From Malacoraja senta (taxonomy: Eukaryota): DNA of 64,000 nucleotides. Position 1 is the first letter of the stretch. Each line of letters starts with the position of its first letter. The stretch lies in NCBI GenBank assembly GCA_038087875.1, contig JAXLNO010000146.1, positions 744,001-808,000 of the forward strand. Reading direction: 5' to 3'. The notes under the pieces were generated by a model. The model was not told where the DNA came from. It did not search any database and saw only the letters and a list, made by a program, of their open reading frames with translations. The position numbers and the translations under genes were made by a program. Shown here in pieces: positions 51,186 through 64,000 of the stretch.

Positions 51186-53007
51186 CATGAATGTTGTGTC
51201 ATGGGGTGAGATAAATACACACCTCTCTTGCCCACCTGGATGTGGACCCATTTCTCCCACATTCCCGCACCCCACTCCTTCCCCATTCCATCCTGTCCCC
51301 TTCCAACTATATACCTTCCCCTGACTTTACCATTCATGCTTCTCCTCTCCTAGCCTTTTGGCTTTTCATCTCTGGCCTTATCTGTGCCCATCAAACCCAG
51401 CCTGCTGGTGGGCAATGGAGAGGCGAGGGTCGGTGGAGTCACTGTTGTAGGTCCGCGGGGGGTGGGGGGGGGGGCGGAGAAAAGTTGCCCTCCTGTCTCT
51501 CAGTTTGAAGAAAGGTGTCAATCCTAAATGTCACCTATTCCTATTCAGAAATGTTGCCTGACCCGCTGAGTTACTCCAGCAGCTTGAGTCTATCCACTTA
51601 ACACTTGCCAGGCTTTGTCCCAGCCCCACCTCTATTTCAGTCTTCTCCCCTCCCTCTACCACAATCAGTCTGAAGCGTCCCAACCCGAAACATTGCCTCA
51701 TCCTCTCCTTCCTTAGTGAAGACAGACCAAAGTACCTGGTCAACTCATCTGCCATTTCCTTGTTCCCAATAATAAATTCACCTGTTTCTGTCTTCAAGGG
51801 ACCCACATTTGTCTTAACTAATCATTTCCTCTTCACATACCTAAAGAAGCTTTTCCTAACCTCCTGTATATTCTTGGCTAGTTTACCTTCGTACTTCTCT
51901 TTTCTCCCCGTATTGCCTTTTTAGTTGCCTTCTGTTGTTCTTTAAAAGTTTCCCAATCCTCTGGCTTCCCGCTTATCTTTCCAATGTTATACGTCTTCTC
52001 TTTTATTTTTATACTGTCCTTGACTTCCCTTGTCAGTCACGGCCACCTCTTACTCCTCTTAGAATCTTTCTTCCTCTTTGGAATGAAATGATCCTGCATC
52101 TTCTGGATTATTCCCAGAAATTCCCGTCATTGCTTTTCCACTGTCATCCGTGCTAGGGTCCCTTTCCAGTCAACTTTGGCCATCGCCTCCTTCATACCTT
52201 CATAGTCCCTTTTGTTCACACTGCAACACTTCTGATTTAATCTTCTCCCTCTCAAATTGCAGATTAAATCTTATCATATTATGGTCACCACCTCTTAATG
52301 GCTCCTTTACCTTGAGTTCCCTTATCAAATCCGGTTCATTACACAACACTAAATCCAGAATTGCTTTCTCCCTGGTAAGCTCCAGTACAGGCTGCTCTAA
52401 GAATCCATCTCGGAGGCACCCTGCAAACTCCCTTTCTTGGGGTCCAGTATCAACCTGATTTTCCCAGTCTACCTGCATATTGAATTCCCCCATAACCTCT
52501 GACACCCGCACTAATCAAGAATCTATCTATCTCTGCCTTAAATATATCCACTGACTTTGCCTCCACAACCTTCTGTGGCCAAGAATTCCACAGATGCACC
52601 ACCCTTGCCTGTTCCAGACACTCAGCATCTTCCGTGTAAAATGAAAATGAGAAAAAAAACTTGCCTCGCACATCTCCTTGAAACTTTGCCCCTCTCATCA
52701 TTTTATCTTTCAGAAGATTCCCTTTCCACTGATAGACAGGCCCTCTGATACTTATTGACCGAAGATAGACACAAAATGCTGGAGTAACTCAGCAGGACTT
52801 ACCGAGCCCTTTATCATGATTTATTACTGTATGTTTCCTCAAATATTGTTTGACCATTTTGCACCATGACAACCTTTACTCCCTGGTGTACTCTGGACAC
52901 ATTACTATGTGCGTCCCCCAGTAATTTATTACTGTCTGTTTCCCTCTCGGCTTACATTGTTGTGCCCCCTCCAACATCACTCACTCGTTGTGTTCCTTTG
53001 TTTTCAG

Positions 53008-53060
53008 TGACTGGTGCAACACAGCAAGAATCGTCGTCTCCAGCCACCGAGGCAAGTTGA
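53008..53060 (+). CDS. MULE-derived gene, putative last coding exon
   Basis: Strong acceptor tgttcctttgttttcag; phase 1 fits the 50045 donor; (V)TGATQQESSSPATEAS*. Confidence 0.5.
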
Positions 53061-53194
53061 AGATGTGCGCAAGAACTGATTTCAGATCTGACTGGCAGAC
53101 AGTGGGAGCCGCGCTGTCAGTGATTCCCCGTGATCCCAGGAATCAGGATCTAAGTTGCTTTCTCTTCATACCCCCGTGTTTTACGCTTGTGTGT

Positions 53195-53700
53195 CTGAGT
53201 GTGTGTTTGTGTGTGTGTACAGATGCCCCCAATGAACACTGCCATATATCGATCACCATTGATAACGAACTGTCACTCTGCCCTGTGGGTGTTGCGTGTG
53301 TGTGTGCACTTGTGTGTATGTGTATGGATGCATCCAACATGTGCGTGAACGCATGTATGTCGTGTAGTCAGCCCTGTGTGCGTTATGCATGTGTACACGT
53401 ATGTACGTGTGTGAGTGAACATGTGTGTAGTTGCATCCAATGAACACTGCCATACACTGATAGCGAATTGTCGGTCGGCCCTGTGTGTGTTATGCATTTG
53501 TGTGTACATGTACGTGTGAGTGTGAGTGAAGGTGTGTGTGTGTGCGCAGATGCATTCAATGAACACTGCCATACACTGATCATCATTGATAATGAACTGT
53601 CGGTCGGCCCTGTGTGTGTTATGTGCGTGTGTATGCATAGATGCATCCAATGAAGATTGCCAGACACCGCTTGCCATTGATAGTGAACAGTCAGTCGGCC
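53195..53700. repeat. Degenerate tandem repeat with GT-rich spacers
   Basis: gatgcatccaatgaacactgccata...tgtcggtcggccctgtgtgt units recur about four times. Confidence 0.75.
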
Positions 53701-55536
53701 TCTGATTGAGCTTTGAAGCTGAATTAATTTGCGGAGTGTCGCGGTTGATGAATTTCAACACTTTATCCTTGAAGTGATTTTAATGGTGTTCTTCAACTGG
53801 ACTGGGATCGGGTTCTGACATTCCAGGGATCATGACATCCATTCAGTAGGAATTTTAAGCAGCAAACAGGAGCCAGGATTGGATAACTGAACACAGTTCT
53901 GTTCTCTCTGCGGGAGCACTGACTGTGATCGGCTGATTCCTTGCAGGCTGGGAAAAAGACCTATGTGTTCCCTGGTCAGTCTGACTATGTACATCCTCTT
54001 GTCTTCCCTTAGGCTACTGCAGAGACACAGGGACCTGGAAATGTCCAGGAAACATAGGAAATGTTGGAAATACAGTGGCTGTGAAAGATTTCTGTCAAGG
54101 GAGAAGGTGGTGGCACTTAACATGTGTTTTATACTTTCGTCAACTTGCAGCAGATTTATTTTGATTGGGATCAACATTTTCTAAAGTTTACTATAAAAAT
54201 CGGGTCTAGTTGGATGTTGGGTCGCTTCTCAGTCATGTGATGGAGCTTTCAATCCTATCCCTCTATCCACAACTTGAGCCTATATTCGTAACCGTGAAGA
54301 ATGAAAGTACTGCAGCAACTCAGCGGGTCAGGCAGCATGTGTGGAGGGAATGGACAGGAAGCATTTTGGGTTTGTTCCCGACCAAAAACATCATCTGTCC
54401 AATGCTGCCGCACATGTAGGATGACCTGCTGAGTTCCTCCAGCACTTTGTTTTTAGCTTAAGATTCCAGCATGTGCTGTTTCATATGTTCAAGGAGCAGA
54501 ATTAGGCCATCAAGTTTACTCTGCCATTCAATCATGGCTAATCTATCTTACCCTCTCAACCCCATTCTCCTGCCTTCTCCCCATAACACCTGACACACTT
54601 ACTAATCAAGAATCTGTCAATCTCCTCCTTAAAAATACACACTGATGGCCTCCGCCGCCGTCTGTGAAATGAATTCCACAGAATCACCACCCTCTGTCTA
54701 AAGAAATTCCTCCTCATCTTTTTACTGGTGTGTCCTTTTATTCTGATGCTATGGCCTCTGGTCCAAGGCCCTCCCACTAGTGGAGACAACCTCTCCACAT
54801 CCACTCTATCCATGCCTTTCACAATTCAAACTATTCAACACAGTTTATTGTGTCTTCTTTGAAACCATCACTCAGTGCCACAGTTAGACTACATACAATG
54901 AAAATTCACTCTATCTGCTGTTCCTGGAACCATTGGAGCATCTCTGGGCTTTTCAGGTTGTTTAATTATTTGGTGTCTCGTTCTCTGTCCTGTGTTCCTT
55001 ATCTCAGTTGGTGAAATGGTTGGACATGTGTTCCCGTATTAGATCAGCATTCGCATGTAAATATTCGGGTCACGCCTGAGATTTGATCAGAGTTTGCACT
55101 TAGATTTAAAATTTAGATATAATTTTTATATAGCTTTCTTCAATCCCTATGACGTTTGCCCTTACAGCTGATAAAGTAATTGTTGCTGTCAGTTTGCATG
55201 AAGTGTGTAACAATATGGTTAATAATGATGACCGATGGTCAGCACATTGGATAAGAGTGAAGTGTGTTGTCATATGCAACAGTAGTGGAACAAGTGAAAT
55301 ACCTGCTTGCTGCAGCTTTGCAGGCATATTAAAAGCAAGAACACGTCAAATAATATCATAAAATATGAGTTATTTGACGTCACCTGGACCATGGCTGTGC
55401 AAGGTGGTTGGATCATTGAGAGCTTGACAGGATACGATGGTCAGTGGCGATGGTCTTTCGTCCTAGGGACTGTACCATGTTTGGGTTCTTTTCTGGTATA
55501 CAGCTCCCTTGGAAGCTTGAATACATCCCATCAAAA

Positions 55537-58368
55537 CGGATGTATTCAAGAGAGTTAGATATACCACTTAGGGCTAACAGAATCAAGGGATATGGGGAGA
55601 AAGCAGGAACAAGGTTATGATTCTGGATGATCAGCCATCATGATATTGAATGGCTTTTTTGGCTGCAAGGGCTGAATGGCCTACTCCTGCACCTATTTTC
55701 AATGTTTATATATAGATAGGATGGAGCGGGTTAAAGAAGAGGGGGATGGTGGGAGGAATGAGTGCATCAGGTGGTGGGGGGGGGGGGGGTTGAGGGGAAC
55801 GGACACACACACACACGAAACAGGAGGGTGGAAGGGCGATGTTACTTAAAATTGGAGAATGCAATATTCATACCATTGAAGCTACCCTAAGCGGAATATG
55901 AGGTGTTGTTACTCCACTTTGCATTTGGCGTCATTCTGGCAATGGAGGTGGCCCAGGACTGAAAAGGTCAGTGTGAGAATGGGAAGGGGAGTTTCAAGTG
56001 GTTAGCAAATGGTGGAATCCAGCAGGCCTTGGTGAACCAAGGGAAAATGTTTGGTGAAATGGCCGCCTCGTCTACGCTACTCTTAACCTGCAAAAGATAC
56101 ATCAGAACCAGTGATGTATCGAAGGCATCATTAAAGTGCCACACAGAATCAAACAAAGTGAAAGGATCTAAGTAAAAGGATTGATGCTACGCAGCATATT
56201 GTTTACTGCTCAGGATGTTTCCAGGAATGGAATAATGGAGTGGAATTATGCTAAAATAGATCAATGCATTATTGTTTATGTCAGTTAGTGATGGCACTGC
56301 TTAAGACAACGTAGGTTAGTATTTATTTCTGGAAAGGCGGAATTACAATTTCAAAGTTACTGAGTTCTGATTCTGCTTCATATGTTGAAAGACGTATGAC
56401 TACATGGAAGCATTGGAGATGATACAAACATGATCAACAGGTGTGGTACCAAAATTGGGAATTATTACTCATCTTTTGAACAATGAGTTAATTTGACTGG
56501 GAAAAACAGGAACTTAACAAGATACTAAAGTTCTCCATTTCACCAACTACCAACCCTTGCAGACAACCATGGCTTATTCCAGACCGAACCATATGTCACT
56601 TTAACCACTTATTTGCTGTGGAGATCTAGGAGAGGGCTGAGGTTCCCAGTGTAGTACAGATTCAGATTCAGATTCACCTTTATGGTCATTGTGCAGTACA
56701 GAGACAACGAAATGCAGTTAGCATCTCCCTGGAAGAGCGACATAAGTATGAGCAATAAATAAATCTAATAAATCCTGGTGGGAGGAGTGTCCGGGGGGGG
56801 AGGGGGTGATTGGCAGTCACCGAGGTACAGTGTTGAGTAGTGTAACAGCCGCAGGGAAGAAGCTGTTCCTGGACCTGCTGGTCCGACAACGGAGAGACCT
56901 GGAGCGCCTCCCGGATGGTAAACACTGTGGTTGGGGTGAGAGCAGTCCTTGGCGATGCTGAGCGCCCTTCGCAGACAAACGCTTGCTTTGGACAGACTCA
57001 ATGGAGGGGAGTGAGGAAACGGTGATGCGTTGGGCAATTTTCACCACCCTCTGCAGTGCTTTCCAGCCGGAGACAGAGCAGTTGCCATACCATACTGTGA
57101 TACAGTTGGTAAGGATGCTCTCGATGGTGCAGCGGTAGAAGTTCACCAGAATCTGAGGAGACAGATGGACCTTCTTTAGTCTCCTCAGGAGGAGAGACGC
57201 TGGTGAGCCTTCTTGACCAGAGTTGAGGTATTGTGTTGAGTGCCTGGAATGCGCTGCCAAGGTTGGGGTTGAGACAGATACGATAGTGGCATTTAAGAGT
57301 TTTTTTGATAGGTACATGAATATGAAAGGAATGCATGGATATAGATTATACACAGGTGAGCAAGAGATGGTCTTGGCACCATGTTCAACGCAGATATTGT
57401 GGCCCAAAGGGTCTGTTCTTCTGCTGTACAGTTCTATGAACAAATGTACAGCTTTAAGATGCAACAATCAGACTACAAGAACACAGATTTGCTGTATAAA
57501 GACATTCAGTTTCAACTTGATTAATAAAAGCTGCTTCTTCCCTGTGATCAATGGCAGTCGTCAATTTGACCAACGTCATTGGAAAATCTCACTGGAGATG
57601 AATTTGGGCATTGCCATTATTTTGCTGAGCTAGATGTTAGGTTATCAAATCATGCATTAAAATAACCATACGCGATTAATGATAGATGTGCCAAAAATGT
57701 CTGCAAAATTACGTCACATTAACACAATTTTTAACTTTCTGGTATCATAAACAATAGCATTATTATACTGCAACAAACACATTACTGGAGAAACTCAGCG
57801 GGTACTTCCAAGTACTGTGGAAGCAAGGGAATAATCTATGTCTCTTGTCGAGACCCTGCGCCAGGACTGAGAGTGTAAAGAGGAGATAACCAGAGGAGAG
57901 GGTGAAGATTTACAAAGTAGAGCTGCAGCAGTTGAATTTCATTTGAGGACCCTCTGGAATGAATCCAAAGCCTAGATATTTAGCGCCACTCAAAACTGCA
58001 GCCCAACTTAGTAGGCAGTGAGAGTCTTGCGGCTGTTATGGAACTGTAATTATTACTTGGTGCTACAAGGCCAAGACTAAACAACTGAAATGCAGTACTT
58101 TGATACGCTGGTTAGGGGAGTGAGTAAAACAATTTAAGATGCTGAACTTTGACAATTAGTTATTTATGAGTTTTTTTCCCAGTTCTATGGCATTCTTCTA
58201 TATCCTTCGATTGCACCTGGATATGCAGGGGATGGAGGGGTATGGATCACGTGCAGGCAGAGAGGATTAGTTTATCTTGGCATCATGTTCAGCACAGACA
58301 TTGTGGTCCAAAGGGCCATAATGTTCTTTGTTCTATACCTTTCTTTTAGTCAATCAACTTTAGCTTAA
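55537..58368 (+). repeat. Segmental duplication, copy B
   Basis: Matches 23229-27970 with an internal inversion, deletions and a Rex1 insertion. Confidence 0.9.
56659..57210 (-). mobile_element. Rex1/Babar 3' fragment with a (tctgaa)n tail
   Basis: LRRLKKVHLSPQILVNFYRCTIESILTNCITVWYGNC...LPSGRRSRSLRCRTSRSRNSFFPAAV. Confidence 0.88.
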
Positions 58369-58554
58369 GCTTAACCTGCCCGAGACCCGCGACGCCATCT
58401 TGGCCACAAGGAGCGCCTCCAGTCCTCACCAAGACGCCGCCTTCACGTCGATGCTGCCGCCGACCTTCACCTGCCGACCGATGACGCGCAGCCTCGCCGC
58501 TTCAACGGGAACTCGGACTTCCTCCCCATCGCCGATTCCTCCCAAAACCTCATC

Positions 58555-58665
58555 GCCCCCCGGGCCCGCCCAACCTCATGGCCGCACCGGGCCCGCCCAA
58601 CCTCATCGCCGCACCGGGCCCGCCCAACCTCATCGCCGCCCCCGGGCCCGCCCAACCTCACCAAC
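58555..58665. repeat. ~27-bp GC-rich tandem repeat x4
   Basis: cgggcccgcccaacctcatcgccgcac repeated. Confidence 0.85.
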
Positions 58666-59221
58666 CTCATCGTCGCACTGGGCCCGCCTAATATTGCCGC
58701 CGAACCCGGGCCTATTTAACATGGCCGCCGCCGCCGCCCCCGCACCGACTCATCGCCTCACTGGGTTGGTCGAACCGCGCCGCCCCACCGACCTCCGCCC
58801 ACCGACCTCCCTCCCTCCCCCCCTCCCTCCCTCCCCACGCATCGCCCCGCGGACTCCGACTCTACTGCCCACGGACCCCGACCCTCGGGTCCGCCGACCC
58901 TCGCCATTGCACCTCCCTCCAGCCCCGAAGCCTTCGCCTCACCTGCAGACTGGTCTCTGTACTGGGCCTGAAGCCTCCACGCTGCTCACTCCCACTCTCC
59001 TGGGTTTGACTCCACTGGGTCCTAGCGCTAGTCTGCTTAGTCCTGGTTACCTCAGTGGCAGTTCCACTGATTCTTCCCCAACCCTTCTCCAACTATGGGA
59101 CCCCTTCTCTTCCCCACCCACCTACAGCCCTCTCACCCCCCCACCACACACGCCTCGTCCCCATTCCATCCACCTGCCCTTCCTCGGCCCCAACCCCCAG
59201 CCCTGCCGGGTGTTCACCATC

Positions 59222-60069
59222 AATTCAATTTTATTTGTCTTTTGAGGGACAAATTTGTCATTTGGACCCCTTGAGGTCCAAACGAAATGTCGTTTCTGCA
59301 GCCATACAATACAAAACAAAGAAGACCCGAGACACAACACAATTTACACATACATCCATCACAACGCTGTGATGGAAGGCAAAAATAACGTATCTCTCCA
59401 CTGCACTCCCCTCCCCCCATGTCAGAGTCAAAGTCAAAGCCCCGGCGGGCGATGGTGATTGTCCCGCAGCCATTGTCCCGCAGCCATTAAAGCCACGCCG
59501 GGTGATGCAAGGTCGCGCACCGGGTCTTGGTGTTAGAGCCCCGGCGCTCGCCCGCAAAGTCCGGCAGCCATTCCAAGCCGCGCGGGGGGGATAAAGCCCC
59601 GCTCCAGGTGCTCCTCAACCCCGCAACTCGGGCGGGAGAAGTCGCCGCTGCGGAAGCCCCGAAAAGCAGTCTCCCACCAGGGGACCCGCGGGCTTCCGGT
59701 GTTGCCGTCCGCCAGACCCGCGGTTGTAGCCTCCGATTCTCCGGGGGTCGGGTAGCAGCAGCGCTCCACCACAGCTCCACCCGCTCCGGACTCGGCCAGC
59801 CCCGCGACGGTGAGTAGTCCGCAGCTCCACGGGAGCCCCAGGTCGTTCCTGCTGGAGGCCGCTCCACGTTGCCCAGCCCCAGCGACAACGGAGACCCGAC
59901 AAAGAAAAGGTCGTGTCTCCCGTGCAGCGGAAAGATTTTAAAGTTTCCCCCCCCCACCCCCACACACATACCCCGACAAAAAAAAATAATAAAAACTACA
60001 TAAAAACGAGACAAAAATAATAAAAAGACAGACGGACTGCAGAGGCCGCTGCAACGAAAAGTCGCGCCG
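59222..60069 (-). mobile_element. ~0.85-kb GC-rich non-autonomous element (same family as 7663-8446) inserted in the Penelope ORF
   Basis: Interrupts ttcaccatc|ccccccgacctc; collinear homology to 7663-8446. Confidence 0.82.
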
Positions 60070-63000
60070 CCCCCCCGACCTCCCCCTCTCCGACATCGAA
60101 CGGTCTGTCCTCAGCAGAGGTCTTACCTTTGTCCCCCTCCGTCCCCACCTCAATGAGTTCCGCGCCCTCCATGACTTGGAACGCTTCTACCGCTTCATCC
60201 ACTCCCACGCCCTGCCCGACCGAGCCTCCGACCTCATCGTTCCCCAGCCTCGCACAGCCCGCTTGTACCTTCTCCCCAAAATCCACAAACCTGACTGTCC
60301 CGGTAGACCCATTGTCTCTGCCTGTTCGTGCGCCACCTAACTCATCTCCACCTACCTCGACTCCATCCTATCCCCTTGGTTAAATCCCTCCCTACCTATG
60401 TTCAAGACACCTCAGACACTCTCCGTCATCTGCGCGCATTCCACTCTCTAGGCACTCACCCCCTCATCTTCACCATGGACGTACAGTCATTGTACACCTC
60501 CAACCCCCACCAGGATGTTCTCGAAGCCCTCTGTTTTTTCTTAAACGAAGAAGCAACCTATACCCGGCCACTGACACCCTCCTCCGCCTAGCGGAGGTGG
60601 TCCTTACCCTCAATAACTTCTCATTTGACTCCTCCCATTTCCTCAAATACAAGGCGTAGCTATGGGCACACGCATGGGCCCCAGATACGCCTGCCCTCTT
60701 TGTCGGGTACGTAGAACAATCCTTGTTCAATGCGTACCAGGGCCCCATCCCCGATCTCTACCTCCGCTACATCGATGACTGTTTTGGTGCCACATCCTGC
60801 ACCCACACACAACTGACTTACTTTATCCGCTTCACCACCAACTTCCATCCGGCACTGAAATACACCTGGACCATTTCCGACACTTCCCTACCATTCCTTG
60901 ACCTCACTATCTCCATCGCAGGTGAAAGACTTCTTATCGACATCCACTACAAACCTACTGACTCCCATGGCTATCTGGACTACACTTCTTCCCATCCTGC
61001 TTCCTGTAAGGACTCCATCCCCCACTCCCAATTCCTCCGTCTACGCCGCATCTGCTCCCAGGATGAGGCGTTCCACACCAGGGCATCCGAAATGTCCTCA
61101 TTCTTCAGGGAACGGGGGTTTCCCTCCTCCACCATAGATGAGGCTCGCACCAGGGTCTCTGCCATACCTCGCAACACTGCTCTCTCTCCCCACTCACAAC
61201 AAGGGCAGAGTCCCCCTAGTCCTCACCTTTCACCCCACCAGCCGTCACATACAACAAGTGATCCTCCGTCAGTTTCGCCACCTCCAACGTGACCCCACCA
61301 CTCGCCACATCTTCCCATCTTCCCATCTCCCCCCATGTCTGCCTTCCGCAAAGACCGCTCCCTCCGTAACTCCCTTGTCAATTCTTCCCTTCCCTCCCGT
61401 ACCACCCCCTCCCGGGTACTTTCCCTTGCAACCGCAAGAGATGCAACACTTGTCCCTTCACCTCCCCCCTCGACTCCATTTAAGGACCTAAGCAGTCGTT
61501 CCAGGTGCGACAGAGGTTCACCTGCATCTCCTCCAACCTCATCTATTGCATCCGCTGCTCTAGATGCCAGCTGATCTACATCGGTGAGACCAAGCGGAGG
61601 CTTGGCGATCGTTTCGCCGAACACCTCCGGTCGGTCCGCAATAACCAACCTGACCTCCCTGTGCCTCAGCACTTCAACTCCCCCTCCCATTCCGTATCTG
61701 ACCTCTCTGTCCTGGGTCTCCTCCATGGCCACAGCGAGCAACACCGGAAATTGGAGGAAATGCACCTCATATTCGCTTGGGCCGTCTACATCCTGGGGGC
61801 TTGAACATTGAATTCTCCCAATTCTGCTAGCCCTTGCTGTCCCCTCCCCCTCATCAGCCCTCTGGTTGTCTCCTCCACTCCCCCAGGCCTCGGGCTCCTC
61901 CTCCGCATTTTTTCCTTTTTCCTTTCTTCTCTCCACCCCATATCAGTCTGAAGAAGGGTTTCGGCCCGAAATGTTGCCTATTTCCTTCGCTCCATAGATG
62001 CTGCTGCACCCGCTGAGTTTCTCCAGCATTTTGTGTACCCTGACAGTAGACAAGATTGCCGCCTGCAGCTCCACAGGGAAATGCCAGCTTCCAATATGGC
62101 CGCCTCCGGCTTCACGCTCATTGACTTCAATGGCTGGCTGCCAGTAGCTAAAATGGCGGTGGTGGGGGGGGGGGAAGGGGGAGAGAGAGTGGGAAGGGGG
62201 GAACATGACTATTTGGGGAAATGAGAGGAGAATAGACGGTAAAATGGGAGAGAGAGAGAGAGAGAGAATAGGGAGAGAAGGGGTAGAGAGAGGGAGGGGG
62301 TGTATGTGTGCGTGTCTGGGGATTATTGCCTCCTCACCAAACCCTCTGCCTCTTCCTCTCCCCTCGTTCCCTCCCACCCTCTCGCTCTCTCCACATCTCC
62401 CACTCTCTCTCTCCATCTCGCTCTCGCTCCTCTTTCCCCGGTGGCCATTTTGTTGTCAACCTCCATTGATGGCCAATCTTCAATACCTCCTTAATCTCAC
62501 CCCTGGAGCGCTGCTGACCCCGGGTTCTTCCACGGAAAAGAGTCCCGTTGGGAGGGAGGGAGGGATTGAGAGGAAGGGAGGGGTATGGAGGCAGACATGC
62601 TGAAGGAGAAACATAGAAACATAGAAAATAGGTGCAGGAGGAGGCCATTCGGCCATTCGAGCCTGCACCGCCATTCATTGTGATCATGGCTGATTGTCCC
62701 CTATCAATAACCCGTGCCTGCCTTCTCCCCATATCCCTTGACTCCACTAGCCCCTAGAGCTCTATCTACTCTCTCTTAAATCCATCCAGTGATTTGGCCT
62801 CCACTGCCCTCTGTGGCAGGGAATTCCATAAATTCACAACTTTTGGGAGAAAAAGTTTTTTCTCACCTCAGTCTTCAATGACCTCCCCTTTATTCTAAGA
62901 CTGTGGCCCCTCGTTCTGGAATTGCCCAACATTGGGAACATTTTTCCTGCATCGAGCTTGTCTGGGGACACTTACCCTGACGGTACCCATTTTGTTGTCA

Positions 63001-63529
63001 ACCTCCATAGTTGGCCAATCTTCCATCCCTCCTTAATCTCACCCCTGGAGCCCTGCTGACCCCGGGTACTTCCCCGGGAGAGCGCCCCGTTGGGAGGGAG
63101 GGAGGGATTAAGAGGAAAGGAGGGCACAGAGGTGGAAATGATGAATGAATTAATAAGTTTATTGGCCAAGTATTCACATACAAGGAATTTGCCTTGGTGC
63201 TCAGCCCGCAAGTGACCACATGACATACAGTGACAGTTAGGAATGACATATAAAACAAAAATAACACATTAGCGATTAAACATGTGAATTAAATAAAATA
63301 CCAAAGCAAAAGGAGGCGACAGATTTTTCATTACTACTCGTGGAAAAAAAGCTATTTTTATGTCTGGCTGTGGCGGCCATGACAGTCCGGAGTCGCCTTC
63401 AAAGGGAAGTGACACAAAGAGAAGACACTTAACCTAACGGTGGCCATTTTGTTATTGACCTCCATTGTTGGCCAATCTTCAGTCCCTCCTTAATCTCACC
63501 CTGGAGCCGTTTAAATCTCATCTCCATTC

Positions 63530-63786
63530 TATCCTTTTTCTCTCTCTCCCCTCTCCCTTCTCTTTCCCCCCTCTCTCTGTCTCTCTCCCCTCACCCCTCT
63601 TTTTTTTCCTCTCTCTCTTTATAAACTAAACTTGTCAGCTAAACTTTAATAAACGTAACTAAAAACAAAGTCTAACTTTCTCCCCTCTCTCTCACCCCCT
63701 CTCCCACTCTCTCTCCCTTTCTCTTTCTCTCCCACTCTCTCCCCCTCTCTCTCCCTCTCTCTCCTCCTCTCTCTCCCCCTCTATCT

Positions 63787-63823
<37 letters not shown>

Positions 63824-64000
63824 CCCCTCTCTCCCCATCCCCTTCTCTCCCCCATCTTTCTCCCCTCTCTCTCCCCCTCTATCTCTTTTCCTCCCTCTCT
63901 CCCTCTCTCTCCCTCCTCTCTCTCTCTCCCCTCTCTCTCTCCCACCCCCCTCTCTTCCCCACCCTCTCCTCTTTATAAACAAAACTTACACCAGCTAAAC
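63530..64000. repeat. CT-rich low-complexity tract with a repeated ctttataaac..aaactt..cagctaaac motif
   Basis: Polypyrimidine runs; the motif occurs at ~63617 and ~63971. Confidence 0.8.

Larger units (their letters stand above)
58370..62040 (+). mobile_element. Penelope-like element (RT + GIY-YIG), degenerate and interrupted
   Basis: RVFTI|PPDLPLSDIERSVLSRG, LLPKIHK, MDVQSLYT, GVAMG, YLRYIDD, LPFLD, KPTDSHGYLDY; GIY-YIG NLIYCIRC..YIGET..RFAEH at 61505-61804; terminal repeat with a hammerhead-like motif. Confidence 0.9.

Noticed and set aside
58400..59245. 281-aa Pro-rich ORF as a host gene
   Set aside because: Low-complexity 5' part of the Penelope-like element, ending in RVFTI at the insertion point.

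Overview
Repeat-dense vertebrate genomic DNA; the repeat repertoire (tRNA-derived SINEs with (taaac)n tails, CR1, Penelope, Rex/Babar) suggests a cartilaginous fish such as a skate or ray, which is inference only. The left 18 kb holds an L2, a 70-bp satellite and a four-level nest: an L1 contains an L2 fragment, which contains a complete DIRS1-type tyrosine-recombinase retrotransposon, which contains a ~0.8-kb non-autonomous element. The main host-like feature is a + strand gene with six coding exons (34343-53060, ~647 codons) encoding a Mutator/MULE transposase-derived protein with a FAR1/WRKY-GCM1-type Zn finger, MULE core and SWIM finger. All three putative DDE residues are replaced, a CpG-island promoter lies near 31.5 kb, and there is one in-frame TAG. 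The gene sits between two copies of a duplicated segment ~32 kb apart and diverges from a decayed minus-strand gene with small-GTPase-like remnants. Also present are a near-full-length CR1, a Penelope-like element with hammerhead-like motifs, several MITEs and tandem repeats. All calls come from reading the sequence; no database searches were run.
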